Shown one piece after another: positions 10,943 to 20,713 of a DNA stretch of 64,000 bases (positions are counted from its first letter, which is position 1; each line of letters opens with the position of its first letter). The DNA lies in assembly GCA_041695225.1 (NCBI GenBank), contig JBGFRI010000027.1, positions 1 to 64,000 on the forward strand, written 5' to 3'. The translations under genes and the position numbers were made by a program. The stretch is from Deinococcota bacterium. Its GTDB lineage: Bacteria > Deinococcota > Deinococci > Deinococcales > Thermaceae. Under the pieces are notes generated by a model. The model was not told the origin of the DNA. It was given only the letters and a program-made list of their open reading frames with translations, and searched no databases.

Positions 10943-10975
10943 CTGCCCCTTCTTCGTCAACTGAAGAAGGGGCAG
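10943..10975 (-). terminator. Stable hairpin between binding-protein and permease genes
   Basis: CTGCCCCTTCTTC-7nt-GAAGAAGGGGCAG perfect 13-bp stem. Confidence 0.65.
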
Positions 10976-10997
10976 ATTAGGCGTGAACGGTATAGTG

Positions 10998-12293
10998 CTA
11001 AGGTGCAATGGGTAAACCGGTAGCCTGCGAGATCTGCCGGGCTGCTGCGTCCAGGGCTGCTCTTGCACTGGGGTAGCGGCCAGCAACAAACTCGCTCTGG
11101 GTTCTGATCATGATCGCGCGGGCTTCCTGGAAGAACTGGGTACCCCGGGCCTGCGGCACACTGCCCAGGGTCCCCAGGATCTGCTGCCAGATCCGCTGGT
11201 TGCCCCAGAAAGCCTGGGGCTGGGCCACAAAGGGGTCGCGGGTGGCAGCCAGCAGCGAGGGTACTAGACCGAACTCGCGCAGCATGGTCACCTGGCCTTC
11301 GGTGGTGCCCAGGGCGTAGCGCACGAAAGCCCAGGCAGCCTCTTTATTGCGCGAAGATGCGGGAATTGCCAGGGCCGAACCGCCCAGGTTGGCAGCCCGC
11401 ACACCACCCGCACGCGAGGCAGGCATCATATACACACCCCAGCGGCCGCTCTGGTCGGCGGCATTGGTGCGGATAGTGCCTTCGTACCAGGCGCCGAACA
11501 TGGCGCTGGCAACCTGGCCAGCCCGGAAGGCTTGAATTTGCTCATTCCAGCCGCCCTGCAAGATTATTCCCGCGTCAATCATGCGCTTGATGGTATCCAG
11601 CGCGGTTACACAGCCAGGTTGGTTCACGGTTACGGCGGTGCCTTCGTTATTAAAGTAGAAGCAGCCATTCTGGTTGGCCAGCATCCGGAACCACTCGTCA
11701 TCCTGGCCGTTGGCAATGGTAGCCATGCGTACGCGGTTGTTGGTAGCCTGGAGCACCCGGCGGCCCGCAGTAATAAAGTCATCCCAGGTGCGGATGGTTG
11801 CTGGGTTGACCCCGGCCTGCTGGTACAGGTCGCGGCGGTAGAACATTACCACCGGGCCCGAATCCCACGGCATAGCGAAGATGCGATTGCCCACCATCAG
11901 TTCAGTCCATTTAAAGGCTGGGAACTGATTGCGGAAGGTAGAGGCAGCGGGCTCCAGGGTATTGAGATCGGTAAAGCAGTTGGGGAAACGCGCCCAGAAG
12001 ACCTCGGCCTCGTTGTTTTCGATTGAATAGATATCGGGCAGATCGCGGCCCCCTGCAGCGCAACCGGCCAAGCCCCGGTCGTAGGTGGCCTGATTGCCCA
12101 GGTCTACAACATTAACCCGCACATTGGGGAAAAGCCGGTTGAAACCAGGAATATTGGCCTGCAAAGCCCTGGCCGCAACATCCCAGCTCCAAACGGTAAT
12201 CTCGCCACGCAGGTTGGGGTTTCCCTGCATCGGCTGGGCCCAGGCTGCGGTCAGGGCCAGAGCCATAGATACTGCCAAAAGACGCTTGATCAT
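10998..12293 (-). CDS. Sugar ABC transporter substrate-binding protein
   Basis: Signal peptide MIKRLL...AWA, ITVWSW, AMPWDSGP, NLGGS; AGGAG RBS. Confidence 0.93.
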   Translation of the reverse strand: MIKRLLAVSMALALTAAWAQPMQGNPNLRGEITVWSWDVAARALQANIPGFNRLFPNVRVNVVDLGNQATYDRGLAGCAAGGRDLPDIYSIENNEAEVFWARFPNCFTDLNTLEPAASTFRNQFPAFKWTELMVGNRIFAMPWDSGPVVMFYRRDLYQQAGVNPATIRTWDDFITAGRRVLQATNNRVRMATIANGQDDEWFRMLANQNGCFYFNNEGTAVTVNQPGCVTALDTIKRMIDAGIILQGGWNEQIQAFRAGQVASAMFGAWYEGTIRTNAADQSGRWGVYMMPASRAGGVRAANLGGSALAIPASSRNKEAAWAFVRYALGTTEGQVTMLREFGLVPSLLAATRDPFVAQPQAFWGNQRIWQQILGTLGSVPQARGTQFFQEARAIMIRTQSEFVAGRYPSARAALDAAARQISQATGLPIAP

Positions 12294-12403
12294 CGAGGTC
12301 CTCCTTGTATTGCTGGCCTGGGGGTTGCACCAGGGCTCGAACAATGCACGCCCAAGTCGGCAGGGCTCGAGCTGCTCCGGCTTCCCCATCAAGCTTTGGG
12401 GCG

Positions 12404-12461
12404 AGTCTAACGGGGTACTTCCAGACTTGTCAATAGCTACGAACACTTTCGTATAGTTTCG
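12404..12461 (-). promoter_or_regulatory. Sigma-A-like promoter plus DeoR/AgaR-type operator for the galactoside operon
   Basis: Minus-strand TTGACA(12433-12428)-18nt-TAGACT; CTTTC-gtata-GTTTC at 12446-12460. Confidence 0.6.
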
Positions 12462-12468
12462 GAAAGGA

Positions 12469-13254
12469 TTAGGAGCCTCGGGAGGCCAGGGCTATCTCGA
12501 GGCCGGTTTTTCGCAGGGCCTCGAGGTCTTCGCCGCGGGCTTTGCGATCAGTAACCAGTAGATGGGCGGCCCTGAGCGGCGCAATGCGGGCGGCAGCAAC
12601 CTGCATCAGCTTGCTATGGTCGGCCAGTACGATGGTCTCGCGGGCTGCCCTGATCATGGCCCGCTTGATCTCGGCTTCGTGTAAATTGGTGTTGCTAAAG
12701 CCCTTGTCGGGATGTACCCCGTTGCAACCGATAAAGGCCTTATCGGCGTTGATCTCCTGCAAAAGCAAGCTGCCATAAGGGTTGACCAGTGAGTGCTGTA
12801 AGGGCCGCAGTGTGCCACCGGTGACGATCACCGTGATGCCAGGGTGCGACTCCAGCAAGAGCGCAATATTGAGGCCGCTGGTGATTACTACCACATTTTT
12901 CAACGAAGGGGGCAGGGCCCTGGCCAGCTCGGTGGTGGTGCTGCCCACATCCACAATTACCGTTTCGCCGTCGCGCACCAGCCGGGCGGCATAGCGGCCA
13001 ATGCTCTCTTTTTCTTTGCTGTGTACCTGGCGGGTGGCCTCGAGGGGCAGCTCAAAGCGTCTGGTCTCTAGCGGAACGGCACCACCTCTGGTTCGTCGAA
13101 GCTGCTTGTGCTCTTGCAGGTACTCCAGGTCGGAGCGGATGGTAACCTGCGAAACCCCGAACTGCTCGGCCAGCTGCGCTACACGAGCCTGGCTATCACG
13201 CCGCAGTATCTCCAGAATTTCCCGGTGGCGAAGGGTGGCCTCGAGAGAGGGCAT
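12469..13254 (-). CDS. DeoR/AgaR-family transcriptional regulator
   Basis: LAEQFGVSQVTIRSDL HTH, RTRGGA, DVGSTT, LADHSK. Confidence 0.93.
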   Translation of the reverse strand: MPSLEATLRHREILEILRRDSQARVAQLAEQFGVSQVTIRSDLEYLQEHKQLRRTRGGAVPLETRRFELPLEATRQVHSKEKESIGRYAARLVRDGETVIVDVGSTTTELARALPPSLKNVVVITSGLNIALLLESHPGITVIVTGGTLRPLQHSLVNPYGSLLLQEINADKAFIGCNGVHPDKGFSNTNLHEAEIKRAMIRAARETIVLADHSKLMQVAAARIAPLRAAHLLVTDRKARGEDLEALRKTGLEIALASRGS

Positions 13255-13256
13255 AT

Positions 13257-13272
13257 CGAAAGCATACGAAAG
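13257..13272 (-). promoter_or_regulatory. Autoregulatory operator overlapping the -10 box of the DeoR/AgaR gene
   Basis: Minus strand CTTTC-gtatg-CTTTC-g, containing TATGCT 6 nt before the ATG. Confidence 0.6.
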
Positions 13273-13293
13273 TCGGAAAAAAAGTGCAAACCA

Positions 13294-14655
13294 CTATTCT
13301 TCTTCAGTCAGCAGCGGTAAGAAGACCGTGAAGCGGGTCTGGCCGGGCCGGCTGGCTACGCGAATTTCGCCCCCGTGGGCCTCGGCGATTTGTTTGGCGA
13401 TGGCCAGGCCCAGCCCGGTGCCGCCCTCGGGGCCCCGGGCAAAACGGGTGAACAAGCGGGGCAGCATTTCGGCGGGGATGCCTGGCCCTCGGTCCACAAT
13501 AGCAAAGGCGGCCCAGGGTTGCTTGGCCGGTTTCATCTCGGGAGTGGAGGTAGCGCGGGCCTCGTCGGTGGCTTCGTAGGGGTCCAGCGGATTGTCGGTG
13601 GGTTCTTTTACCATCCAGACCCGCACCTGCACTTTGTCGGCGGTTCCCGCGGCCCGCACCGCGTTGGCGATGAGATTGCGGGCCAGCTGCAACAGGCGAT
13701 CGGGGTCGCCCAGTACCTCGGGAAACTCGGGGGGCATCTTGAGCACCACCCCAGGGTATTCGTTCACGGCCTGGCCGAGCAGGTCGCCCAGGTTGACGAT
13801 ATGGGCATTCACACTGCGCTCGGCCTCACCCCTGGCCAGGGCCAGCAAGTCCTGCACCATGCGGGCAGTGTGGGCCGCGATTCTGCGGGAGCGCTCGAGC
13901 ATCTCGCTGTCGCCAGGGTTGCGGCTCAGGCGCTCGAGGTAGCCATTCAGCGAGGTGAGGGGGGTTCGCAGCTCGTGCGAGACCTCGGCCAGAAAGGCCC
14001 GCTCGCGTTCCTGGGCCTCGAGTAGCTCACCCAGCAGGTCGTTGACCTTTTCCACCATCACCCCCAGGTCGTCTTTGGGGCCGGTGTAGTGGATGGGCTC
14101 GAGGTTGCGCGGGCCGCGCCGTTCCACCTCCGAAGCAGCCCGGTGCAGCGGGGTGAGCGAAAGACGGGCCGCCAGCACAATCAGAAGGGCGCCCAGGGGT
14201 AGCAGAAAAGCCATCCCCTGGATCAGGGTATTGCGTACCGTGGTGGTGATCGCCTCGATGTAGCGGGTATCCTGGCTTACCGCTACCACTGCGCCGGGAA
14301 TGGCCTGGTAGGCCGCCATAAAGTCAGGGGCGTAGAAAGGCTTGGGGGTACTGGTGGCAGCCTGGATAAAGTTTTGGGGTATTATCTGGTCGAAGTCGGG
14401 CGAGGGCGCAGCCAAAAGCTGCCCATCCGAACTGTAAAAACTCACGCTTACCGGGCCGGTGCGCGACAGATTAATTTCCCCTGCCAGGCCCGAGGCATAA
14501 AGCTGGGCGACCTCGTTTACGTAGCGCAACAGGGTGCGCTCGACCTGACCATAAAGACCAAAGCTAATGCTGTAAAAAGCGATGGCCAGCGTGAGGACCA
14601 GAATCAGCACCCACAGGATCGCATAGGCCACGATCAGTCGGGTAGGGAAAGACAT
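13294..14655 (-). CDS. Membrane sensor histidine kinase
   Basis: Two TM segments, SHELRTPL H-box, NLIANA, DRGPGI, GTGLGLAI. Confidence 0.96.
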   Translation of the reverse strand: MSFPTRLIVAYAILWVLILVLTLAIAFYSISFGLYGQVERTLLRYVNEVAQLYASGLAGEINLSRTGPVSVSFYSSDGQLLAAPSPDFDQIIPQNFIQAATSTPKPFYAPDFMAAYQAIPGAVVAVSQDTRYIEAITTTVRNTLIQGMAFLLPLGALLIVLAARLSLTPLHRAASEVERRGPRNLEPIHYTGPKDDLGVMVEKVNDLLGELLEAQERERAFLAEVSHELRTPLTSLNGYLERLSRNPGDSEMLERSRRIAAHTARMVQDLLALARGEAERSVNAHIVNLGDLLGQAVNEYPGVVLKMPPEFPEVLGDPDRLLQLARNLIANAVRAAGTADKVQVRVWMVKEPTDNPLDPYEATDEARATSTPEMKPAKQPWAAFAIVDRGPGIPAEMLPRLFTRFARGPEGGTGLGLAIAKQIAEAHGGEIRVASRPGQTRFTVFLPLLTEEE

Positions 14656-14747
14656 AAGTAAGGCCGAGGGTCAAGCGTTAAGCAAGGGTCTAAAGCTGGG
14701 CTCCTGGAGCTAGATGCTGGACTCGGCCCTCGAAGCACTGCAAGCGT

Positions 14748-15422
14748 TTACTCCGCCTCGCGCTGGCGCAGGGCATAGCCCACCCCGCGCACGGTGCGAA
14801 GGTAGCCATAGGCGCCGGCCTCGCGCAGCTTGGAGCGCAGGTTGGCAATGTGCACGTCTACTACATTGGAGTCGCGCTCGAGCTGGCGTCCCCACAGGTG
14901 CTCCTCGATTTCCTGACGGCTGAAAACCTTTCCGGTGCGGCTGACCAGGAGCGACAACAGTTCAAACTCTTTGGGCGAGAGGCGCAGTTCCTGCCCGCCG
15001 TAGAGCACCTGGCGTTTGGCCAGATGCACTTCCAGCCCGCCCACGCTGACCTGCTCGCCGCCTTCGCGGTGGCGCAACTGCACCTGGATGCGGGCCATGA
15101 GTTCGGCCGGATGAAAGGGCTTAACCATGTAATCGTCGGCCCCGTCGGAGAGCAGGCTGACCTTGCGCTCGACCGCATCGGCAGCGGTGAGGACAATGAT
15201 GGGCACTTCGTAGCCAGCCCGAATGCGGCGGGCCACCTCGCCCCCATCCAGATCGGGGAGGCCAAGGTCGAGAATCACCAGGTCGGGCACTGCTTCGCGC
15301 AGGCGCACCAGGCCCGACATCCCACCCGAGGCCCAGTCAACCGTGTAGCCAGCCTCGCCAAGCTCGAGCTGTAAGAGGTGGGCAATCTCGGGGTCATCTT
15401 CAATAAGCAGGATGCGCTTCAT
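14748..15422 (-). CDS. OmpR/PhoB-family response regulator
   Basis: LLIEDD, LDLGLPDLDG, GADDYMVKPF, VDVHIANLRSKL, RTVRGVGY; from memory it resembles Deinococcus DrRRA. Confidence 0.96.
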   Translation of the reverse strand: MKRILLIEDDPEIAHLLQLELGEAGYTVDWASGGMSGLVRLREAVPDLVILDLGLPDLDGGEVARRIRAGYEVPIIVLTAADAVERKVSLLSDGADDYMVKPFHPAELMARIQVQLRHREGGEQVSVGGLEVHLAKRQVLYGGQELRLSPKEFELLSLLVSRTGKVFSRQEIEEHLWGRQLERDSNVVDVHIANLRSKLREAGAYGYLRTVRGVGYALRQREAE

Positions 15423-15778
15423 CGAACCTCCGGCAAGACACGCCCATTGGGCAGGTTCAGACGGTATGTGCGGGTCAAAAGCTCGTTCAGACTAACACGT
15501 TCTCCCTGGATCAGCAGCAACACATCACCCCTGGGTGTGGTGATCCCATTGTACGGGGCGCGGTAGCTGCCATCTACTCGAAACAGCACCCGCACCTCCC
15601 GGTTGGCCGGTGCCGGCAGCCTGCTCTGCAGAACCATGTTACGCACATCTACCTGCCAGACCACAAACACCGTTAGCAAGTCGGGGGAAACCACCCTAAT
15701 CTCACTCCCCGAAGGAATAAAGGGCAGATTGGGCAGCGGGGCAAGCGCCAATACCAAAGCCAGTGTAAGACTGCGCAT
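15419..15778 (-). CDS. Hypothetical exported protein co-transcribed with the two-component system
   Basis: Signal-peptide-like N-terminus; ATGA overlap with the response regulator. Confidence 0.7.
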   Translation of the reverse strand: MRSLTLALVLALAPLPNLPFIPSGSEIRVVSPDLLTVFVVWQVDVRNMVLQSRLPAPANREVRVLFRVDGSYRAPYNGITTPRGDVLLLIQGERVSLNELLTRTYRLNLPNGRVLPEVR

Positions 15779-16135
15779 CGTTATACCACTATGCAAGGCT
15801 ACCCAGACCAGCGCATGGGATTCCGGTAAAGGGCATTTTAACCTGATGAAGCAGGGCTTGTGCGGTTCGCAGGGTCAGACAGTGCTCCATAAGCTCTCTA
15901 ACTGGGATCGGTACCAGGCAGGTTTAGCCGCAATACTAGTGCATATGCCAGCCAGTAAAGTTTAGCATTTCTTTAGCTTGTGAGGTAACACCGAATAACG
16001 GAGCAGGTTACTTTCCCGTGAATCCCCTTGGCGACAGGGCTTAGCAAGTACGCAGGTGCATAAGGCTGTCATGCCGGTTTCAAGACCGGGTGTGGTGGTG
16101 GACACAAGAAATCCACCAGCCTAGACATATAATGA

Positions 16136-16232
16136 GTCGATAGTCAATGGTCGATAGCCTATAGTCAACGGCTAATAGCTTTTGACCTGCGACCTGCGAC
16201 CTTCGACTTTAGACCTTAGACCTGAGACATTC
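16136..16232. repeat. Heptamer-periodic intergenic repeat (ATAGTCA-type plus GACCTNN-type tracts)
   Basis: atagtca atggtcg atagcct atagtca acggcta ... gacctgc gacctgc gaccttc gacttta gacctta gacctga gacattc. Confidence 0.85.
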
Positions 16233-16342
16233 TGGCCGGCCGTACAATGCTGGCCCTACGGTTCTTGGGGGGTAGGTAGCCGGGTCCGGGAATCCTGCGA
16301 TGGCGCGTTCAGGGTGCATTCAGAAAGTTGGCCTAAGCTGGG

Positions 16343-17554
16343 GTGGTGATCACCCTGCTGCAACGGCTGCTGTTTATAGGCTTGTTGTGCGGATTTGCTT
16401 ATGCACAGAGGCCAGTTGACATTGTCTTTTGGCATACCCTGGACTCTCCCGGACGGGAGGCGCTGGAAAGAATCGTTAGCGAATTTAACGGCCGCCAGCG
16501 TGAATTTCGCGTGGTCGTTCAGCATGTTGGTGACCTGCGCGAAGGAGGCATCCGGCTTATGGCGGCGCTGCGGGCTGGTAATGCGCCCCAGATTTACTAC
16601 GGCGAGGTCTCGTTTGTGAGCCGGGCTGTGCAGGAAAACCTGGCTTTGCCGCTCGATGAATTCCTTGGCAACTTACCGGGCGACTTCTATCCGGGCTTTC
16701 TGGAAACGGGGAGGTTTCGGGGCAGAACCTATGCCCTGCCGGTAGAGCTACACCTGCCGGTGTTGTTTTTCAATGCCGATCAGCTGGCGGCCCGTCGCCT
16801 CGAGCCCCCCCAGACCTGGGAAGCCCTGTCGGCAGCGGCGGGCCAGCTAACCACCCGCACCGCCCGTGGTTTTACCATTGTTAGTGATGTGTATACCTTC
16901 AATGCGGTAGTGATGAGCCGTGGTGGGCAGCTTTTGCGCGATGGTCGTCCCAACTTTACCGATGCCAGGGTGGTGCAGAGCCTCGAGTATCTCCAGAACC
17001 TGGTGCGATTGAACCATGCCCAGAGCCGCAACATGGCCGAGGCCCCGTTTGCCTTGCTCGACTTCGTTCGCACCAGAACCTTTATGGGTATTGCCCCCGT
17101 TACCATGTGGCCGGTTCTGGAGCAGCGCTCACCCCTTCCCTTCCGCTTAGGGGTGGCCCCCCTGCCACGCACACCCGATGGCAGGCTACCACTGGCCGGA
17201 GGCACCCTGCTGGTCTTGCGAGGCTCCAGCGAGGCCCAGGCTCGAGGAGCAGTCGCCTTGTGGCGCTACTGGATGGAGCCTGCCGTGATGGCACAGTGGG
17301 TCAAAGCGACGTACTGCCTGCCCATGCGCCGCTCGGCCCAGCCCCTGCTAGAGGACTTTTACCGTGAAGACCCCCGCCGCCGGGTGGCCTTTGGTGGGCT
17401 CGAGCATGCGGTCTCCTGGGTACAGGATCCCGGGGTTACCATCTGGTATGGGTTTTTGGAGGAGGCCCTGGAGCGTGTTTTGAAGGGCAACGCTAACCCC
17501 CGCCAGGCCCTGGAGGAGGCCCAGCGCAGGGCCAACGCCGTAGAGCGTCGTTGA
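16343..17554 (+). CDS. Orphan ABC transporter substrate-binding protein (UgpB-like family 1)
   Basis: Signal peptide, IVFWH, YALP, LFFNAD, AGG..L..L; no adjacent permease. Confidence 0.85.
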   Translation: MVITLLQRLLFIGLLCGFAYAQRPVDIVFWHTLDSPGREALERIVSEFNGRQREFRVVVQHVGDLREGGIRLMAALRAGNAPQIYYGEVSFVSRAVQENLALPLDEFLGNLPGDFYPGFLETGRFRGRTYALPVELHLPVLFFNADQLAARRLEPPQTWEALSAAAGQLTTRTARGFTIVSDVYTFNAVVMSRGGQLLRDGRPNFTDARVVQSLEYLQNLVRLNHAQSRNMAEAPFALLDFVRTRTFMGIAPVTMWPVLEQRSPLPFRLGVAPLPRTPDGRLPLAGGTLLVLRGSSEAQARGAVALWRYWMEPAVMAQWVKATYCLPMRRSAQPLLEDFYREDPRRRVAFGGLEHAVSWVQDPGVTIWYGFLEEALERVLKGNANPRQALEEAQRRANAVERR

Positions 17555-17564
17555 ATAGTGCAGG

Positions 17565-17996
17565 TTACTGCCACCTGGCCCCGCTGCAAAGGGACTGGGC
17601 TAACTGCAGGAACGCGGGAAAGGCTGCCTCGACCACTAAAGAGAAGCCCTCTCCATACCCCAGGTCAGATATGCCCATACTCAGGAGATAAGCCGCCGGC
17701 GCATGCCCGTACAGGGCCAGGCTAAGCTGTAGCAGTTCAGCAGGGCTCAAGCCATGGCTGAGGGCGCCTGCGTCCGGCTGGGCCAGCCTGCGCAGGTAGA
17801 TTGCGCCAGGCCGCAGGCTCAGGTCGGCATCCATGAACAGCACCTGGCTGGTCTGGGCCAGCCTATCGGCCAGCTCGGGCAGTAGCTGGCATACGGCCAG
17901 GGCACACAAGCCCTGCTGCTCTAGCTCTAGGGCCGCCCGGTAGCCCACCCCGTCGTCGCGGCGCAGGGGATTTCCCAGCCCAATCACCAGGGTCAT
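17565..17996 (-). CDS. hoxW: Hydrogenase maturation protease
   Basis: VIGLGNPLRRDDGVG, SHGLSP; follows hoxH. Confidence 0.9.
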   Translation of the reverse strand: MTLVIGLGNPLRRDDGVGYRAALELEQQGLCALAVCQLLPELADRLAQTSQVLFMDADLSLRPGAIYLRRLAQPDAGALSHGLSPAELLQLSLALYGHAPAAYLLSMGISDLGYGEGFSLVVEAAFPAFLQLAQSLCSGARWQ

Positions 17997-19414
17997 CAGC
18001 GTGAGCGCCGGTCGAGCAACCCGCCATCGGCCCCTAGTAGCTGCACCTCCAGGGGCATCTGGCCTACCGCGTGGGTGGCGCAGGAAAGACAGGGGTCGAA
18101 GGCGCGGATAACCGCCTCTACCCGGTTGAGCATCCCCTCTTGCAGGCGGTTGCCGTCCACAAAGTGTTTGGCAGCTTGCAGAATGCCCTGGTTCATGGCC
18201 AGGTTGTTGTGGCCGGTAGCGATGATCAGGTTGGCCCAGGTCACCAGGCCATGCTGGTCAATGCGGTAGTGGTGTATCAGGGTGCCGCGCGGAGCCTCGG
18301 CCACGCCCACCCCCTCCTGGCGGCTGGGCTGGGCCTGGGCGCGCACCCGGGTATCGAGGGCCTGGGGGCGGCTGGTGAGTTCTTGCAGCTTTTCCAGGGC
18401 GAAAAGCATCTCAATCAAGCGGGCGTAATGGTAGTAAAAACTCGAGAGCTCCGCCCCGCGCTCAAGACCGCGAAACTCGGCCAGCTCAAAATCGGCTCGT
18501 GGCGTGCCGCAGCGCTCAATTACATTGATCCGGGCCAGCGGCCCCACCCGGTACATTCCGGCTGGGTAGCCCAGAGGCCGATAGTAAGGCGACTTGAGGT
18601 AGGAGTCGGGCTCATCCTGCTCGGCCAGATACTGATGGTACTGGGCCGGGTCTAGCCTGTCTGCAACCACCCTACCGCTCGGCTCTACCATACGCAGCTG
18701 GCCGTGGTAATGCTCGAGCTCGCCCTGATCACCTACCAGGCCCAGGAAGAGGGTAGGGAAGCTGGCAAAAGTGCGGATCTCCTCACGGTAGTTCTCCAGG
18801 CTGCGTTTGAACTCGTCCAGCGTGGCCTGCACGGTCTTTTGGGCAGAGGGGATGCCTTGCAGGATAAAGTCGCGGGTCTCGCGGCTCATGGGGTTAGAAA
18901 CCCCGCCCGGTACTACCCAGGCTGGGTGAATGCGTCTGCCAGCCAGCCGCTCGATAATCTCCTGGCCAAACCGGCGCAGGGCTACCCCACCGCGGGCTAC
19001 CTGGGGGTGCTGGGCCAGCAGCCCCAGCAGGTTACGCTTCTGGGGGTCGGCATCCATCCCCAAGAGCAGATCGGGGGCCGAAAGGTAAAAGTAGCTCAGG
19101 GCATGGGACTGAAAGATCTGGGCTAGGTGGAGTATGCGGCGCAAATACACCGCAGCCTGCGGCACCTCTACTGCCAGCAGCGCATCGGCAGCCTTGGCCC
19201 CGGCAATCAGGTGGCTCACCGGGCAGATGCCACAGGTGCGGGCCATCAGGCCGGGCATCTCGTAAAATGGCCGCCCCAGGGCCAGCTTCTCGAAGCCCCG
19301 GAACTGCTCGATGTGCAGCCGGGCCTGTTCTACCCGGCCACTCTCGCCCAGGTGCAGGCTGATTTTGGCGTGGCCTTCAATACGGGTCACCGGGTTGATC
19401 TCGATTCGGCGCAT
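17996..19414 (-). CDS. hoxH: [NiFe]-hydrogenase large subunit, group 3d
   Basis: PVTRIEGHAKI, L1 RTCGICP, L2 DPCLSCATH plus cleavable C-terminal tail. Confidence 0.96.
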   Translation of the reverse strand: MRRIEINPVTRIEGHAKISLHLGESGRVEQARLHIEQFRGFEKLALGRPFYEMPGLMARTCGICPVSHLIAGAKAADALLAVEVPQAAVYLRRILHLAQIFQSHALSYFYLSAPDLLLGMDADPQKRNLLGLLAQHPQVARGGVALRRFGQEIIERLAGRRIHPAWVVPGGVSNPMSRETRDFILQGIPSAQKTVQATLDEFKRSLENYREEIRTFASFPTLFLGLVGDQGELEHYHGQLRMVEPSGRVVADRLDPAQYHQYLAEQDEPDSYLKSPYYRPLGYPAGMYRVGPLARINVIERCGTPRADFELAEFRGLERGAELSSFYYHYARLIEMLFALEKLQELTSRPQALDTRVRAQAQPSRQEGVGVAEAPRGTLIHHYRIDQHGLVTWANLIIATGHNNLAMNQGILQAAKHFVDGNRLQEGMLNRVEAVIRAFDPCLSCATHAVGQMPLEVQLLGADGGLLDRRSR

Positions 19415-19514
19415 GCATTCCTCATTTCTGCTCGGCGGCCGGTGGAAATGGTTTGGTGTCCATCTTTACTGCCCGGGATCTCGTTGGTTCCTACTAAAAC
19501 CCGGGCATCCGGGT

Positions 19515-20009
19515 TCAGTTGCCAAAACGGGCCGCCTGCAGGTCGGGCGGCCGGCCCTCCAGAAGGGCCTCGAGGGCCGCCCCGATGATAGCGGCCGAGG
19601 GAGGGCAGCCGGGTAGGTAAAAGTCCACAGCCACTACCTGGTGCACCGGTTTTACCCACAGCAACTCGGGCACTTCGCTTGTCGGCGGCGCGTGGTAGAC
19701 ATCCAGCACTTCCTTTAGGGTGTTGCGGAGGGCGGGTATATTGCCGGTTACCGCGCAGTCACCCAGGCTGACCAGCAGTCGGCTACGCTGGCACACCTGC
19801 CGGATTTTGTCCAGGTCGGCCTGGCTCGAGACCGCCCCTTCCACCAGGGTTACATCTACCCCCGGGGGAAACTCCTTGGTATCCACCAGGGGACTGTAGA
19901 CCAGCTCGAAGCGCTCGGCCAGCTCGAGCAGCCGTTCATCCAGATCCAGGAGGGACATATGGCAGCCGGAGCAGCCGTCCAGCCAGATGGTGGCAATTTT
20001 GGGCTTCAT
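19515..20009 (-). CDS. hoxY: [NiFe]-hydrogenase small subunit
   Basis: [24 protein letters not shown]. Confidence 0.94.
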   Translation of the reverse strand: MKPKIATIWLDGCSGCHMSLLDLDERLLELAERFELVYSPLVDTKEFPPGVDVTLVEGAVSSQADLDKIRQVCQRSRLLVSLGDCAVTGNIPALRNTLKEVLDVYHAPPTSEVPELLWVKPVHQVVAVDFYLPGCPPSAAIIGAALEALLEGRPPDLQAARFGN

Positions 20010-20713
20010 GCCAGCCCCCTGCGCATACGCTGTAAATAAGGTAGGAAGCCAGTGCGCCTTTGCATCTCACCGGCTGCCTTGCCCTGCAAAAACAAGGCCC
20101 CGGTAGGGCAGACCTGCACACACTTGCCACAACCGGTGCAGCTTTCGGAGGCGCCCCAGGGTTCGGCCAGGTCGCTCACCAGGAGGCTCTCGACGCCCCG
20201 TCCGGCGATGTCCCAGGTGTGAGCGCCTTCCACCTCGTGGCAGACCCGCACACAGCGGGTGCACAGCACACAGCGGTTGTGATCGAGGGCAAAGCGCTCG
20301 TGCGAAGCATCTACCCCCAGGGCAGGGTAAAGGTACGCAAAACGCACATGGTCCATACCCAGGCTTTGCGCCAGCGTCTGCAGCTCGCAGTGCCCGCTGG
20401 AAACACAGATAGCGCAGACATGGTTCCGCTCGGCAAACAAAAGCTCCAGAACACCCCGCCGGTATCGGTTCAGGCGGGGGGAGCTGGTCTGTACCCGCAT
20501 TCCCTCCCAGACCTGGGTGGTGCAGGCCGGGGCCAGCTTGCTCTGCCCCTCGATCTCCATCAGGCACAGCCTGCAGGCCCCCCAGCCTGAGAGGCCTTCC
20601 AGGTAGCAAAGGGTAGGAATGGGGATGTGGTTCTCGCGGGCCACCTCGAGCAGGGTCTGGCCGCTTCCTGCCCCAACTTCCTTGCCATCTATAAGCAGGG
20701 TGTGCACGCTCAT
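20006..20713 (-). CDS. hoxU: Bidirectional hydrogenase diaphorase Fe-S subunit
   Basis: [46 protein letters not shown]. Confidence 0.95.
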   Translation of the reverse strand: MSVHTLLIDGKEVGAGSGQTLLEVARENHIPIPTLCYLEGLSGWGACRLCLMEIEGQSKLAPACTTQVWEGMRVQTSSPRLNRYRRGVLELLFAERNHVCAICVSSGHCELQTLAQSLGMDHVRFAYLYPALGVDASHERFALDHNRCVLCTRCVRVCHEVEGAHTWDIAGRGVESLLVSDLAEPWGASESCTGCGKCVQVCPTGALFLQGKAAGEMQRRTGFLPYLQRMRRGLA

